This document shows, one piece after another, positions 20,801-32,034 of a stretch of DNA of 55,415 bases (position 1 is the stretch's first letter; each line of letters starts with the position of its first letter). This stretch comes from Craspedostauros australis. Its lineage: Eukaryota. The position numbers and the translations under genes are program-made. The notes under the pieces are model-generated. The model ran no database searches and was not told where the DNA came from. It saw only the letters and a program-made list of their open reading frames with translations. The stretch spans positions 62,001-117,415 of the forward strand of contig JALAGF010004817.1 of assembly GCA_030167865.1 (NCBI GenBank), read 5' to 3'.

Positions 20801-21655
20801 GGTGCTTGTTCACTCGACTCCACTCTATTTGATTTGTGTGATGCTTTGGGGAGGTTGTGCAGTTGGATGGATGGATGGATGGATGGATGGCCCTCCATCC
20901 TTCTCTTCCTCTCTTCCTCGCTTGATCGATTGGTCGATTGATTGACCTGGGAATTTGTGACGTTGGGGCCATGGTCACAGTCATTATTCTTTCCGTTCCA
21001 TTTTCCCACTTTTTGCCAGATTTCTGGAGTACTCGAATGAGTCGACAAGATACTTCTCGCCAACCACCCAAAGATCTTTCGTGTCAACTCCGAAACGGAT
21101 TGTCATGGCCACATGTCGGATGGAGCAACCACGGAAAGCAACTGCGCACACACATAATGAGCAATGAAAGGCTTCGGAGAGGGTTCGATGCCATGGATTG
21201 CCATCATCCCATACAAAACAAGCGCAAGCACAAGCGCAAACGCAAGCATGAGGAACCAGAGGAAGCACGTTCCGTGTGCGTTGGGTGCAGCTTGGTTGGC
21301 AGAATCCACGGCGTATCAGTACATCGGCTCGAATGCTGGCGTGGAAGCAGACGACGTAACGAAATGATCTCAGCGTGAGATCCAGCGATGGCGAGAACCC
21401 GCAGGCGAATTGTAATGCAATGGAAACATGCATTGGAGACAGAGAAAGGCAGCGTGGCGTTGGAATAGTGGCGATGGCGTGCTTCACCTTGAATCCTTGA
21501 TGGATGTGGCCGTCAGAAGTTGCCTCTTGGACATAAAAACCCGAATAATCTCTTGTGGTCAACGTCGCCACAGCAACCAGGGATCCACGACGAATTCAGA
21601 TCCAGCAGACTGCAACATTCGCAACAAAACACAAGCGAAAGCCCAACACATCAGG

Positions 21656-23600
21656 ATGATGGAGTGCCCGCAACCCATGGAGGTCGACCAACCGGAAGTG
21701 AAGCGCAAGGAGAAAGCCCGATTCGAAGAGGATGTGGTCATCCACGATATTAAAGACGCCTCGAAGGTAAGTCGCCCCGCTCTCCGCCATCTGTATGCTC
21801 GTACATGTCGATGCTGTGTGCAGTGTTTTGCGCGGTGCATCTTGCGTGACGCAGGATGCGCGTTGCAAGATGCAGGACAGTGGGTGTAAGGCAGAGTAGA
21901 GTAGAGGAGTGCGTGACATGTTTGTGCTATATTCCATTCTCATGAAAGCTGTGAACTTGAATCGTCGCACTTCCGGCCGCTGTCTTCGAATCTCGATGCT
22001 CGCTGTCTCCTGGTTTCTCATGACCTCGGTTTGTGGTACGACCGAATCACATCATTCTCCGACGTTTCAGAAGTATGATGTGGAGAAGCACCCTTGCTCG
22101 TTGCCAATCAAACCATTTGTCAAAGAAAGCATGTCAGGTAAGGAAAGGCGTGCATTGTATCGTATACATCGATCGGTCCCAACACAGCAACAAGCACAAA
22201 GGTGCCCATGTTGGTTGCGTTGCGCGTTCTGAGTATCGTACTGCGTACATGCCGTCTCTCACTCACTCGCATTTCGAAATCAATACGCCATGCTTCGTTT
22301 CATATATTGCGTTTACGTCTCAGTTTGCTACGTCATCCACCAGTGGCTCGTCAAAATGTGTGATGCTGACTTTAAGAGACTCTTGGATCTGGTCTCCAAG
22401 GATGAATCTCTCCGGCACCTGTTCGATTGCATCGGGTCTCAGTTTGAGATGACCGGGCCCGAGTTGATGCAAACAATTGGCAAGGCACGCGAGGCGAAGC
22501 CCCCAGACGCCTGGAGTGCCCAATTTTGCTGCTTGAGTGATATGACCTACATCAGCGCACTGGCCACTAGATCCAGACTCTTCACCTTGTTTGATATCCC
22601 GCAAACTGGAACCTTGGGCGGCCATGCGGGCAACGGCAAAAGCGGCTCGGCGAACGGTCCGATGGACATGCGGTGCAAGAAGATCAAGGATCACCACAAG
22701 TCCATGATAGCAAAATACAAGCGTGATCTGCGTGATGCGGAACAAGCGAAAGTACGGGAGAAGCGGATGACCAACCTTGGCAAGAACAAGAACAACAAGA
22801 ACGCCAGATCGGGCAACAAAAAGAGCAAGGGCAAGAACAAGTACAAGGCTATGATGGACAGTTCGACGAACCCGACAGACAATCGCTACCACCACAGCAC
22901 CAGCTACAACCGTGCCAACACCAACAGTCAGTTCGTCCACTCCAGCCGTGACACTGGCGAGGGTTGGAAGGATGTGAAAGCGAAATCTAACAATCAAAAG
23001 AAGCGAAACTCAAAAAAAGCAAAGCAAGGGGAGAACTCTAAGTGGGATACCGCGGGCGAAGATCTAATCGCCAATTGTGGATCGGGATCAGCCAAGTATG
23101 CAGGCAAGATGGATCCGCCGTCGTCCAAGCGAACGTCGGGTTCTGGCCGGGTGGTTCAATCATCTCCATCGAGTCCAGTTTCAAATGCGTGGTCGAATGG
23201 TCCGCCGACGCACACGAATCCTTCTGAGCATACTTCACCGAAGCCAGAGACCACGAAAGATACTGGCGGCCACGCCATGACAGTTCTGAAGTCAGAGCGT
23301 CCGCCACCAACTCAAGACCTACGTATGGTGCAGCTTTACAGCTATCAGCAGGGTGTATGTCGCATGCCCCAAAAGAGTGGCCAGAACGCTTATGGATACA
23401 GTGGTTTCGGATCTCCCAACCGAAGCACGGTGCTTACCGACAATTCATCAGTGGTAAACACGGAGAAGCGATCAACAGCGCAGACCTCTCACGGCACGGT
23501 CCCCCAAAAGAATGGGTGCTTACCAACCTTGTTTTCAAAGCCATCCGAGAATGAACAACCTGATGGAGCACATGACGAAGAGAAAGGGATGATCGCGTAG
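21656..23600 (+). CDS. Three-exon hypothetical protein (~484 aa) with Lys/Asn-rich basic region
   Basis: join(21656..21766, 22071..22137, 22324..23600). Sites AAG|GTAAGT, TTTCAG|, CAG|GTAAGG and CTCAG| are all canonical and keep the frame. Confidence 0.75.
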
Positions 23601-24061
23601 GCAATATGACACAAGCCGGCAGGGTAGCTCTATATATTAGCACATCAGCAATCACACAAAATACGCTTGCATAAGATTTACCTCCACGAGGTTGATGCTG
23701 TGGCCTGTCCGTCATTATCTTCTCGGCTGTTGCGCGGATTTGTTTCGGAACTGCAGCCACAGCAGGAGCTCTATCCAATCGCTGGCCGCAACATTGGATT
23801 CAGAGGTTGTGGTGGAGGCTGCGCGAACAAGTGCTGATTCATCCGTGCGTTTGCGCTAACCAACTCCAAGGTGTCACGAAATGACGACTTTCTGTGCCGG
23901 ATCGTGACGGAACTTGGGCATTTTTGTGGTTGGTGTTTGCATAGCGATTTCCGCCACAGAGCGAAACTCATCTCTCCTCACAATTTTCCGCACATGACGA
24001 AGCAAACAACAGCAGCAACCACAACCGCAGCCAAGGAACCAACGATAGCATCACGAGCAGC

Positions 24062-25241
24062 ATGAAAGTTTCATTCACCAAGGCTGACCAGTACGGTCAG
24101 AAACATCCCATCGAGTCCGATGAGCTCCTTGTGGAGGCAGTGAACCGGATCGACAAGGAGCTGGCCGAGATCCCTGATGAAGACAAGACGAGCTACTTGC
24201 AGGTGCTGCAACGCAACCCCGATCTTTTGTCGGAAGGGGAAAAGCTCAAGTTTCTGCGTTGTGAAGTTTTCAACGCAAAGGTATGTGTGCATCTTTGCAT
24301 ATGTGTACGATAGGCAGCAACAACATCGCATGGCTGTCTATCATTGAAGTTTGATTCGTCGCAGCCAATCGTCTTTGAATTATTGGAGTACTCATATGGA
24401 GTACCATGGCAAGCTCTCTCTCTCTCTCTCTCTCTCTCTGTACATATATTCTCCCAGATCTCATCCTCTCTGCCTTAATACACGCTGCCTCTCACACGCA
24501 CCACCTCCAACCACGGCATAAACTTGCCTCTCATGATATCCCAACAAAAATAATTGCACGCACCGTCGTGAATACCGCCGCCTACTCCGACCACAGCTCG
24601 CAGCGAAGCGTCTCGTGTCGTACTGGGAGAAGCGGGTGGAGATCTTTGGGCCTCACGCCGCTTTCCAGAAGTTGACATTGAACAGCGCCAGCAAGGTGGA
24701 CCTGGACACTCTTGGAACCGAGTTCGGATGCGTCGTGCCCGATGCGTCGGGGCGCGTCATGATCATGATCCGCCCCGGGATCATGGATGCCTGCACGAAT
24801 CCGCGCGAATCGAAGCTGCGCGCCTTCTGGTACCTAATCCACGCCGCGCTTGAGGACGTGGAGACCCAAAAGAGGGGCGTTGTCATCTTGGCCGATCCGC
24901 GCAACTCCAAGTTCTCTCTGTTCGATCGCAAGCTGACGGAGATGATGTCGGAGAGCTTCCGTGGCTTGCTGCCGATGCGGCTGTCGGCCATCCACATCTG
25001 CCACCCTCCCACGTTCTTGCGCTTCATCTTCCCCGTCGTGAAGATCCTGCTTGGGAAGCGCCTGAAGAAGCGCATGCACGTCCATGGTGGGAGCGATGCC
25101 AACGTGCTGAAGACGCTGGGAAAATTCGGCATGACGAAGGAGATGCTGCCGACCGCTTTCGGGGGACTGGTGCTGGTGAATCACAGCGCTTGGATGGCAA
25201 GTGAGATGAAGCGCGCTGAGCGCGTCACGTGCGTGGGGTAA
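24062..25241 (+). CDS. CRAL-TRIO (Sec14 / tocopherol-transfer-like) lipid-binding protein (287 aa)
   Basis: join(24062..24280, 24597..25241) gives KFLRCEVFNAK|LAAKRLVSYWEKR. Also DASGRVMI, ETQKRGVVIL, LPMRLSAIHICHPP, LKKRMHVH, LPTAFGG. Confidence 0.92.
24414..24439 (+). repeat. (CT)n microsatellite inside the CRAL-TRIO intron
   Basis: Direct reading, about 13 units. Confidence 0.95.
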
Positions 25242-25603
25242 GATCCTGCAGTTGTTTCAACCTGGTGCTATTAGAAGATGCGCCATCTGTCGCCCTTCCA
25301 TCCATCTTGTCGCCGCGTGGCCACATGGCGCGCTCTTGTGGCGCACATGGCAGCGTAATCCTGTGAGACTGCGCCACCTTCTGAAATGATACTTAGCAAC
25401 ACAGACCACGCTGCGATAACAGTATCATTCTCGTACTCATATTCATATTCATACTCATAATTGTACCAGTAGAATACATGGCACATGGATAGCGCACACA
25501 TTCTCGCACGTATGTACAGTGGGGCGGTTCACCTCGCCCCAGTTTTCACCAGCAGCCCGGTTGGAATGCTCAATATATCCTCCCATGATGGCCTGACCAG
25601 GAA

Positions 25604-26347
25604 CTAGGGATGTTCACCGTCGCCGTCAGAGTCCTCATGGCATTCGTCCAGCAGGGAAGCCTTCTCGACGTCCGCCATCCTGTTGGATGATTTCATGTAC
25701 GACGATAGGTTCTCATGATTGCTGGCATCATTGGCGACCATGCGCGCCGTAGCCACGTTCATCGCCACGCTGGAAAGCAGCATGGGCACCGGATTTCCAG
25801 TGACCATGGACAACGCTAATCCGGTGTAGGCCGGCAGAATGACGGCCAACGATGTCTGACTGTTCTTGCGCTCCGCCAACCGGATCATGGGACGAATGAG
25901 CTCGTCGGTTTCCGTCTTGCGGTCCAGCCCGTTCTTCTCCGCGTACCGGATGACGCATCGGATGACCTCCTTGCACAGCACCCTGGGAACTTCCGAATCG
26001 CCCGGCCACTGCTCCGCCGAACGTGCCAGAACCGCCGTCAGCTGCGCATACGAGACGCCCGCTTCGGCAGTGTTGGAGGAGCGATGCGGCCGCGCGTAGA
26101 GGTAGGGTTCGAAGTTCTCTTCCTGTATCGCGCTGACGACGACGTCCGGCGGGAAGATCTCTGACTCCTTGATCATGGAGTACAACATCGTGTGCTCCAT
26201 CCTCGTGAGGAATCCGTTCGGCGGGTACTTGAAGTCCTTCGCGTTGAGCTCCACCTCCTTGGCGGCTCTGGCCTCGGTTCCCACAGGTCCGCCATGTTCC
26301 GGCGGCGTCCTCGTGTCGGATCGTCTCCTTCTTCCCAACCTCAGCAT
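25604..26347 (-). CDS. Hypothetical protein (247 aa) with a C-terminal hydrophobic hairpin
   Basis: ATG-started ORF with GC3-rich codons. Hydrophobic segment LAVILPAYTGLALSMVTGNPVPMLLSSVAM. Confidence 0.75.
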   Translation of the reverse strand: MLRLGRRRRSDTRTPPEHGGPVGTEARAAKEVELNAKDFKYPPNGFLTRMEHTMLYSMIKESEIFPPDVVVSAIQEENFEPYLYARPHRSSNTAEAGVSYAQLTAVLARSAEQWPGDSEVPRVLCKEVIRCVIRYAEKNGLDRKTETDELIRPMIRLAERKNSQTSLAVILPAYTGLALSMVTGNPVPMLLSSVAMNVATARMVANDASNHENLSSYMKSSNRMADVEKASLLDECHEDSDGDGEHP

Positions 26348-26870
26348 GCTGTCTGTCTCGATTCGTTCGCTATCTTTCTATCGCTATTGCTCTCGCTATT
26401 TCACTTGCTATTGATGTTATGATGTTATGATGCTGTGATGTTGATGTTGCGCTTGCTCTGTTGCAACTATGATGCTATACCTTGTTTCTGGGAGTGCTGA
26501 CCCGAACACGAAAGAGGAACAAATGATCGTTTTCGCTGAACAACAACGAAGAAAGAGCAAACGTTCTCGTCAAGGACACAGAAAACCGCGTTTTCGCTTT
26601 GTTCTTTGTTGCATTCGAAATCTAGTCAAATGAGTCGAACATCCTTCATCTCGAATCTCCACGATTGGATCGCTCTCTCTGGATTCGACAACAATGTATC
26701 ATCCATGTGCGCACCAATACTTGGCCGCTGATTCACGGCTCAATCTTTGGACTTGCATTCCATTCGACCATATTGCTCGACGGTACAATCTGCCACACCC
26801 GCAGGAACTTCTACATAACACTCTTGAGAAAAGCCTGGATGTGGGAGAACGACGGGTATATGCGGCGTCG

Positions 26871-28179
26871 CTACAGTAGCTTTCCGGACTTCAATCTCTT
26901 CCACACTTTGCCGCAGCCGTCCTCGACCGATTTCGAGAGCCGCGCAAATCTCTGCTGGTTGCCCTCCCGGATTTCTGCATCGGTGGCGCCGACTACTGTC
27001 ATGCCCGCCAAAACTCCTCCCGTCAGATGATTCAGCCGCGGTCGCAGAGCGTGGTTATGGGACGCGCGACCACCTCCGGCCCTCTTCAGATGCGACGCCT
27101 TCAACGTTGCCGGTGTGCGCTTTCCCATGCTGCGCGAAGCCTCCAGGAGTGTCGTGCCCTGCACGTTGCTGCAGTTCGCGCATTGCGGGTAGAAGCGGAA
27201 CTTCACGTCACCCAGTATAGCGCGTCGTATCCACGTCTTGTTCATCTCGCTGGCCACGCTCTTCGGTGGCATGTGGTCGCCTGCGAATTTGAACGTGCCG
27301 CGGTGCAGCAGCATCCTCGATCCGCACGTGTGGCAGCCCCACAGAGTTCCCATGCGTTCGATCATCGACCGTTGCGCGGGCGTCGCGTACTTATCGGTGC
27401 AGGGGATAGACCAACGCTTGAACGAACCTGGGTGCGTCAATGAGCTCGGTGCGACGCCCCAGAATCTGCCACCGATCGCCTTGAACGCCAATGCTCCGAT
27501 GATTCCACTGCAGGCGAGACATTGGGTGGTTCGGAAAGTACGAGGCGTTGAATCGAGAAGAGAGCGACACTGCAAGTCAGAAATCCATCCCGATCATTTT
27601 CCCATCATCCGCAGGCATGGAGTATACACCTCGCAACTCATGTGTACTTTGTTTCTAGTCCATTTCCAGTCGAGCCCATTTCCAGTCGAGCCCATTTCCA
27701 GTCGAGCCCATTTCCAGTCCAGTCCATTTCCAGTCCAGTCCAATCCGTTCCATACCAATTCTCACAACTCACATTCGAACGTCGTGCTTTGGGATCTTGA
27801 ATTCTCCAACCTTCCAATGTTCATCCCTTTTGAACGACGGTGTGGGAAATGTCAGCTTGTCCAGCGATAGCCTCGACGGTAGCGCCTTGATGTCCTCGAT
27901 CTTGGGCAGGGACAGGTTCTTCGCAGACAGCTGCAAGTTGCCGCCATTCTGTTGCAGCCATCCGTGGTTGGCGACGCAGGCCTGCTGGGCAAAGATGGAT
28001 GCGAAGTACACCGTCGCAAAGCCCACCAACGATGGCAGCAACCTCGTTCCGGTGGAAATCCCGACCAGCTTCTGCGCCGTCGTTGACACCGCCAGCGTCA
28101 AGGCGAACGTGCCACATCCTGTCAAGATCGGCAATGTCGGTTCCGGCAACGCCGCTATGACTGAAGATCCGCCAATCAT
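26871..28179 (-). CDS. Two-exon membrane protein (347 aa) with an HNH-like Zn-binding domain (CxxC...DH...CxxC)
   Basis: join(28179..27773, 27507..26871). Donor AT|GTGAGT and acceptor CTGCAG|T are in frame. Motifs GCHTCG, GDHMPP, FYPQCANCSNVQG. Hydrophobic helices at the N-terminus and near the C-terminus. Confidence 0.85.
27661..27740 (+). repeat. Intronic 16-bp minisatellite, 5 copies
   Basis: CATTTCCAGTCGAGCC x3 then CATTTCCAGTCCAGTC x2. Confidence 0.95.
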
Positions 28180-28787
28180 GTCTCCTCTTCTGTATTGGCA
28201 ATGTCGAATGCTTGGTGATGCTTGTTCCCAGAGATTAATGGGTTGGTCCGCCGACTTTTACTTGTACCATGGTGGCGGTTGGCATTGTTGTTGGCATTGT
28301 TGTCGTCATTGATGTCGGCATCGATGTGGATCATTTTTCTCGTCTGTTTTCCGCGAAACGTGAAATTCAAAATAGTATTCGTGACTGAACAAGTCACAAG
28401 CTCTGAGCCGAGTTTGGGAGATGTCCCAAATTGAAGAAGCACATTTTGGAAGGCGCTACAACAGGAGAATAGATCTGGGAAGCGGTTTTCCTGAAGGTTC
28501 CCTCACAATTTGACCAAGTAGAAGATCAAAGAACATGGTCTCTTCCCACCAAATGCGATAGGTGGGGAGTAGGAGCAAAGAACACTGATTGCCAAGGCAG
28601 CGTCGAAAAGTTCTGCACTCAATGGCTCGCCACAGCGGATTGGCGTCTTTCTTGTGGACCATTGGCACAATAGAGCATCGACAACCTCATAAAATCCATC
28701 ATCGAACCAAATAACAAGCACCAACAGCCAACGCTAGCAGTCAACATTCAACATTCAACATCTAGCATCCAGCATTTATCATCCATC

Positions 28788-29938
28788 ATGACAAAATCAC
28801 TGATTATCGGAGGAGGCGCTGCCGGTGTGACCGCAGCCAAAGCGCTGCGAGGGCAGAACCCGACCGTCGACATCACTCTTGTGGAACCTAAGAAGTACTT
28901 CGAGGTTACGATGTTTGCATTCTGCACACCATTCAACGAAGAAGATCGCAAGAACGCCTTGCATCCACTCCAGCCATGGGCCGACAAACACAACATCCGC
29001 TTGATCCATTCTATCGTCACAAACTTGACGGCAGAGCAGGCCACTCTGTCCAACGGCGAGAAGGTCGAATTTGATGTGTGCATGGTGGGCACTGGTGCCG
29101 GTTGCCATTGGACGGCCTGCGTTCGCGGACCCACGGCACCTGCCACCCTCGAAGAGCGTGCGGCACGCTTAGAGCGGAAGGCGAGCGTCTTGTGACTGCT
29201 GAATCTATTGTCATCGTCGGCGGTGGGATCATCGGCTGCGAGTTGGCAGGCGAGATTGCGTACCGCCAGAAGAAGAGGTTCGGCGCATCGAAGAAGATCA
29301 TGATCGTCTAGAGCAAGCCACACTTGTGCATGGAGGCCACCGAGTCCGCTGGCAGGTGGATCCAAAAGAAGCTGGAGAAAATGGGCGTCGAGGTTGTTCT
29401 CAACGAAAAGGCCGTCAAATTGAACGACGGCAATAGCGGCAACAACCTGAAGCTAATGAATAGCGGCAGAGAGATCGATGCCTCGGAAGTCGTTTACACT
29501 ACTGGGTTGCATTCCGTGAACTCCTTCCTTGACTCAAAATTCCTCAACGAGGCCAGGTGGATTGACGTGGACGACCATTTTCGCGTGAAGGGATCGGGCG
29601 GCAGGCTGTTTTCTCTTGGGGACTGCTGCAACCTCCTATACAATTCCAGCAACCAGATCAATGCAAACCAGAGCGTGATCGGTGCGAATCTCGCGGCCAC
29701 CCTCAAGGCACTGGAGCAGGCAGCCTCAAACTCGGCCGTCCTCGACCTTGAGAATGACGCAGATCTCCAAGGTTCTCTGAAGCAGTACGCAGAGGGACCT
29801 GCGCTGTACTGTGTCGTCCTTGGCAAAAATGATGGGGTGCTCAACTATGGATGGTTCTGCACCCAACGACTGTTTCCCTGGTTCAAGAACACCAAGATGC
29901 TTGGCATGATGGTGAATGCGTTTGGTGTCAACGTGTGA
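28788..29938 (+). pseudogene. Disrupted AIFM2/FSP1(AMID)-like FAD/NADH oxidoreductase
   Basis: FAD motif LIIGGGAAG, NADH motif IVIVGGGIIGCELAGEI, and WIDVDDHFRV...LFSLGD lie in separate ORFs. A 1-nt frameshift near 29170 and an in-frame TAG at 29309-29311 interrupt them. Confidence 0.8.
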
Positions 29939-30202
29939 AACATCCTCGGAGAGATTGTGCCATTGGCAAGCACTGCGAGAAAAGACGAAGGCGACAGTGG
30001 TAACGACGAGGAGAGTGGCGTATGCAAGCAAGAAATAATACGCTATTAGAAGAGTCAGATTATTTTTCACTATCGTTACGGATACTATATAGAGCATGAA
30101 CTGTGCGTACTTTGTTCTCTATTTCGTTATTGCTACATTTGTGATTCGTAGCCAGAAGCCAACAATGCAGCATTTAGTCGCATGAGTCCTGTGAGTTCAC
30201 GA

Positions 30203-30758
30203 TGACGTGTTGTTGCTGGTTCGCATTCTCGAAGCAGTTCGGATTCACGATGTGTTGGAATTTCTTGACGTGTTCCGTTCTGGCATTGCTGCGTTTTTCG
30301 GTGCGTCAGACGGCCACAACAACAACAACACCACGAACGTTGCCACCACACCACAACACCACCACAGCATGATGTGGAGGAAAGATGTGGGCACAGATGA
30401 CCAGTGTATCATAGAATAGAATAGAATAGATGAGAGCGCAGTGCTCTGTGGTATTATACATACGAGTACTGTCACGACGATGCATTCGTGGATCTTCGTA
30501 AGAATATCTTGGAACCGTGATCGGTGGTACAGTATGGTATGATGACTTGTTCGTTCGCAGACGTTGCAACGATGACCAACACATGACGACGCAGCCATCG
30601 ACACACGTCGTTGCTTGCTTACGGATGCATTTTCATCAGTGGTCGATTGTTTTGCAGAGTGTTGCATCGTTTCAACAGTGTGTTGTCAGGTGATGGTGTC
30701 GTCCCAACGTTGTTTGACTGCATCGTGAGCAATAAACTGAAATCTCAAACTCCGACGT
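30203..30758 (+). promoter_or_regulatory. ACGT-core-rich Lhcx upstream region with two TGACGTGT elements (candidate bZIP/aureochrome sites)
   Basis: TGACGT at 30203 and 30266. Further ACGT cores at 30337, 30561, 30605, 30707 and 30755. Confidence 0.4.
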
Positions 30759-30847
30759 CCATCTCATCCTCATAAAATCAAAAGCTTGAACAACACTCGA
30801 TCAATCCATCCAAACCACAACCAACACAAACAACAATTACAACAACC

Positions 30848-31477
30848 ATGAAGTTCACCGCCACCCTCATCGCTGCCCTCGCCGGTTCCGCCGCCGCCTT
30901 TGCCCCAATCCAGCAGTCCACCTCCGGATCCGCCCTCAAGGCCACCGCTGAGCTCCCAGGCGCCATCGCCCCAGTCGGATTCTTCGATCCACTCGGATTC
31001 GCCGAGAAGGCCGATGCCAACACCCTCAAGCGTTACCGCGAGGCCGAGCTCACCCACGGACGCGTCTCCATGCTCGCCGTCCTCGGATTCCTCGTCGGAG
31101 AGAAGGTCGAGGGATCTTCGTTCCTCTTCGATTCCCAGATCTCCGGCCCAGCCATCACCCACCTCTCCCAGGTCCCAACCCTCTTCTGGGTCCTCCTCAC
31201 TGTTGGAATCGGCGCCGCCGAGACCCGACGTGCCGAGATGGGATTCGTCGAGCCACAGGCCGTCCCAGTCGACCAGGCCGGACTCATGCGTGAGAACTAC
31301 ACTCCAGGTGACATCGGCTTCGATCCACTCGGCCTCAAGCCAGAGGACCCAGAGGAGCTCGCCATCATGCAAACCAAGGAGCTCCAGAACGGACGCCTTG
31401 CCATGCTCGCCGCCGCTGGTTTCATCGCCCAGGAGCTTGTTGACGGAAAGGGAATCATCGAGCACTTCACCGCTTAA
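30848..31477 (+). CDS. LHCX: Lhcx (LI818/LHCSR-type) fucoxanthin-chlorophyll protein, plastid-targeted, intronless
   Basis: SAAA-FAP presequence. GFFDPLGF, KRYREAELTHGRVSMLA, the Lhcx-typical EGSSFLFD..ISGPAITHLSQVP, PGDIGFDPLGLKP, TKELQNGRLAMLA. Strong codon bias. Confidence 0.97.
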   Translation: MKFTATLIAALAGSAAAFAPIQQSTSGSALKATAELPGAIAPVGFFDPLGFAEKADANTLKRYREAELTHGRVSMLAVLGFLVGEKVEGSSFLFDSQISGPAITHLSQVPTLFWVLLTVGIGAAETRRAEMGFVEPQAVPVDQAGLMRENYTPGDIGFDPLGLKPEDPEELAIMQTKELQNGRLAMLAAAGFIAQELVDGKGIIEHFTA

Positions 31478-32034
31478 ATGGTGTGGTTGTATTTCACAAC
31501 ATCCCTTATTCCTTTACCACAAGTCAAGCCATGCTGATCATTCATCGCGTATCAAAGGCCCCATCGCTGCTTACTCATGAAGCAAGCATGCGCACACCAC
31601 GAATATTCCAGTACTGACCTGACGAAAGATCCTTGCATCCCAAAGGCGACCACAGCACGATCAACCAATGTTACAATTACCATCACCATAGAACAAACCT
31701 TATCACAAATATGCACTGCTCTACACATAGTCGTACACACACTCACACACTCAAATTGAATTCCATTGGATGCGGCTGAACGCCGTTGAGAATGAACTTG
31801 AACGAGCACTCCATTGAGCGCTCATCGGAGAAGCCAAACTTGGTGGAGTCGAGAGTGGATTCTGCGTTTCGTGCAATCTGTTTGTGAGCGCGGGCTTGAT
31901 CTTCATCGTCGCAATGCCACCGACGCAAGCAAACAACTAATAGCACAAGTGGATCAGAGTAATACAGAATGGAGTCGTAGAGTGCAACAGCAGTCGTACT
32001 ACTCGTCGCATGCTAATGGGGTAGAGTAGCCTAT

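Noticed and set aside
27661-27740. Possible CRISPR-like array
   Set aside because: Head-to-tail repeats with no spacers, inside a eukaryotic intron, and no cas genes.
29309-29311. Stop-codon readthrough or recoding in the FSP1-like gene
   Set aside because: A separate upstream frameshift with no slippery site makes decay or sequence error more parsimonious.
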